This document shows, one piece after another, positions 63,146 to 64,000 of a stretch of DNA of 64,000 nt. The stretch covers positions 15,876 to 79,875 of the forward strand of contig CAKOLK010000001.1 of the NCBI GenBank assembly GCA_934096275.1, given 5' to 3'. The position numbers and the translations under genes are program-made. Within the stretch, counting starts at the first letter, position 1, and each line of letters starts with the position of its first letter. Source of the stretch: an uncultured Bacilli bacterium (GTDB lineage Bacteria; Bacillota_I; Bacilli_A; RF39; UBA660). Below the pieces are notes generated by a model. The model did no database searches. It had not been told where the DNA came from and saw only the letters and a list, made by a program, of their open reading frames with translations.

Positions 63146-63868
63146 TTATTTCCCATTTTTTGCAAGATTGTACAGTCTTTTTACTTCTTTAGGCGTTAAC
63201 ATTCTATATTCTTTAGAAGATAATCCCTCAAGTGTTAAGAAAGCAATTTGTTCTCTTTTTAGTTTTAATACTTCATGATTAACCGCTTCGAACATCTTTT
63301 TAACTTGATGGTTTCTTCCTTCATGAATTATTATCTCTACAATCGATGTATTTGTTTTCTTATCATATTTTTTTACTCTTACTTTAGCACGCGATGTTTT
63401 AACACCATCAATTAAAACACCCTTAGTAAGTTGTTCTATTTCATTTTTAAAAAGTATTCCTTTTATTTTAGCAATATATAATTTATCAATCTTATTTTTA
63501 GGATGCATCATTAAATTAGCAAATTCACCATCATTAGTAAGAAGTAAAATACCAGTAGTATCATAATCTAGTCTTCCTACAGGGTATATTCTTAAAGTAG
63601 TATTAATTAAATCAGTAACTACTTTTCTTCCCTTATCATCTTCGGTTGATGAAACATATCCTCTTGGTTTATTAAGTAAATAATATACTTTATTCTCTTT
63701 AGTAATATGAGTACCCTCGACTACTACATCATCATTTGTATCCACTTTATAACCCAACTCTGTAATAAGCTTACCATTTACTAATACTTTCCCATCTTTT
63801 ATTAACTCTTCAGCCTTACGACGTGATGTATAACCAGAGTTAGCTATTACTTTTTGTAATCTTTCCAT
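63146..63868 (-). CDS. rluB: pseudouridine synthase, RsuA/RluB family
   Basis: S4 domain (MERLQKVIANSGYTSRRKAEELI..G.V.VNG) and catalytic GRLDYDTTGILLLTNDG. Confidence 0.85.
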   Translation of the reverse strand: MERLQKVIANSGYTSRRKAEELIKDGKVLVNGKLITELGYKVDTNDDVVVEGTHITKENKVYYLLNKPRGYVSSTEDDKGRKVVTDLINTTLRIYPVGRLDYDTTGILLLTNDGEFANLMMHPKNKIDKLYIAKIKGILFKNEIEQLTKGVLIDGVKTSRAKVRVKKYDKKTNTSIVEIIIHEGRNHQVKKMFEAVNHEVLKLKREQIAFLTLEGLSSKEYRMLTPKEVKRLYNLAKNGK

Positions 63869-63903
63869 AAAATCACCAAGTTAATTATACATATTTTTCA
63901 TCA

Positions 63904-64000
63904 ATTAGTCAAAAAGTTTTGAAAAGAAACTTTTAATCTTAGAAAATAAACTCACCTTTTCACTAGTTTTATATATTTTTTCTTGATGTATTAAATCTTT
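63904..64000 (-). CDS. 3' end of a gene running off the right edge (unknown product)
   Basis: Open minus-strand frame ...KDLIHQEKIYKTSEKVSLFSKIKSFFSKLFD-stop (TAA at 63904-63906). Confidence 0.3.

Noticed and set aside
1-64000. CRISPR arrays, rRNA genes, prophage blocks or known defence islands.
   Set aside because: No regularly spaced direct repeats, no rRNA-like conserved GC-rich blocks, and no phage structural or integrase cluster were seen. XerD here is chromosomal, next to deoB. DUF488 and DUF1653 are isolated small genes.

Overview
Very AT-rich Firmicutes-type chromosomal segment. GC looks like roughly 25-30% by eye; I did not compute it. Markers seen: PolC plus DnaE, T-box leaders, the rlmN-prpC-prkC-rsgA-rpe block, and sporulation genes (SspI, SpoVID-like, CotS/YsxE-like). 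A spore-forming Erysipelotrichia/Clostridia-like host is inference only. Almost every gene is on the minus strand. Most of the window is housekeeping: rarA, xerD, deoB, polC, LemA plus two DUF2207 proteins, glyQS, lexA, murC, tcdA, yebC, ddl, mnmA, aspS, dnaE, rluB. It also holds a complete Tad/Flp pilus locus (35.7-40.5 kb), one tRNA-Met, one IS200/IS605-type tnpA element and two tandem divergent sigma-70 paralogs. The main signal is a dispersed family of six co-oriented surface-protein paralogs starting near 13.2, 33.9, 41.9, 45.6, 51.8 and 58.0 kb. Five share a near-identical 5' cassette: -35 TTGAAA, 17 nt, -10, GGAGG, 7 nt, ATG, six codons, then a G10-G11 homopolymer. In this assembly every tract puts the SD-proximal start out of frame, which is the layout of a slipped-strand phase-variation (contingency) system. 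The sixth paralog has ordinary codons instead of the tract. Three members carry a short GC-rich, NNC-codon-rich hypervariable patch near the C-terminus that looks like a diversity-generating-retroelement variable region, but no reverse transcriptase or template repeat is visible here. Four of the switch cassettes sit back-to-back with a divergent small cassette: sigma-A-like promoter, a 5' element starting at the predicted +1, an SD-sequestering hairpin, a 22-26 codon hydrophobic ORF, a hairpin, and a 3' element complementary to the 5' element with G-U wobbles that fit only the plus-sense RNA. Three of them also have a convergent antisense promoter. This is the architecture of type I toxin-antitoxin loci, and one copy has lost the ORF while keeping the RNA elements. 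No CRISPR array or rRNA was seen. All coordinates, tract lengths and base/codon counts were made by hand from the printed sequence and should be recomputed.
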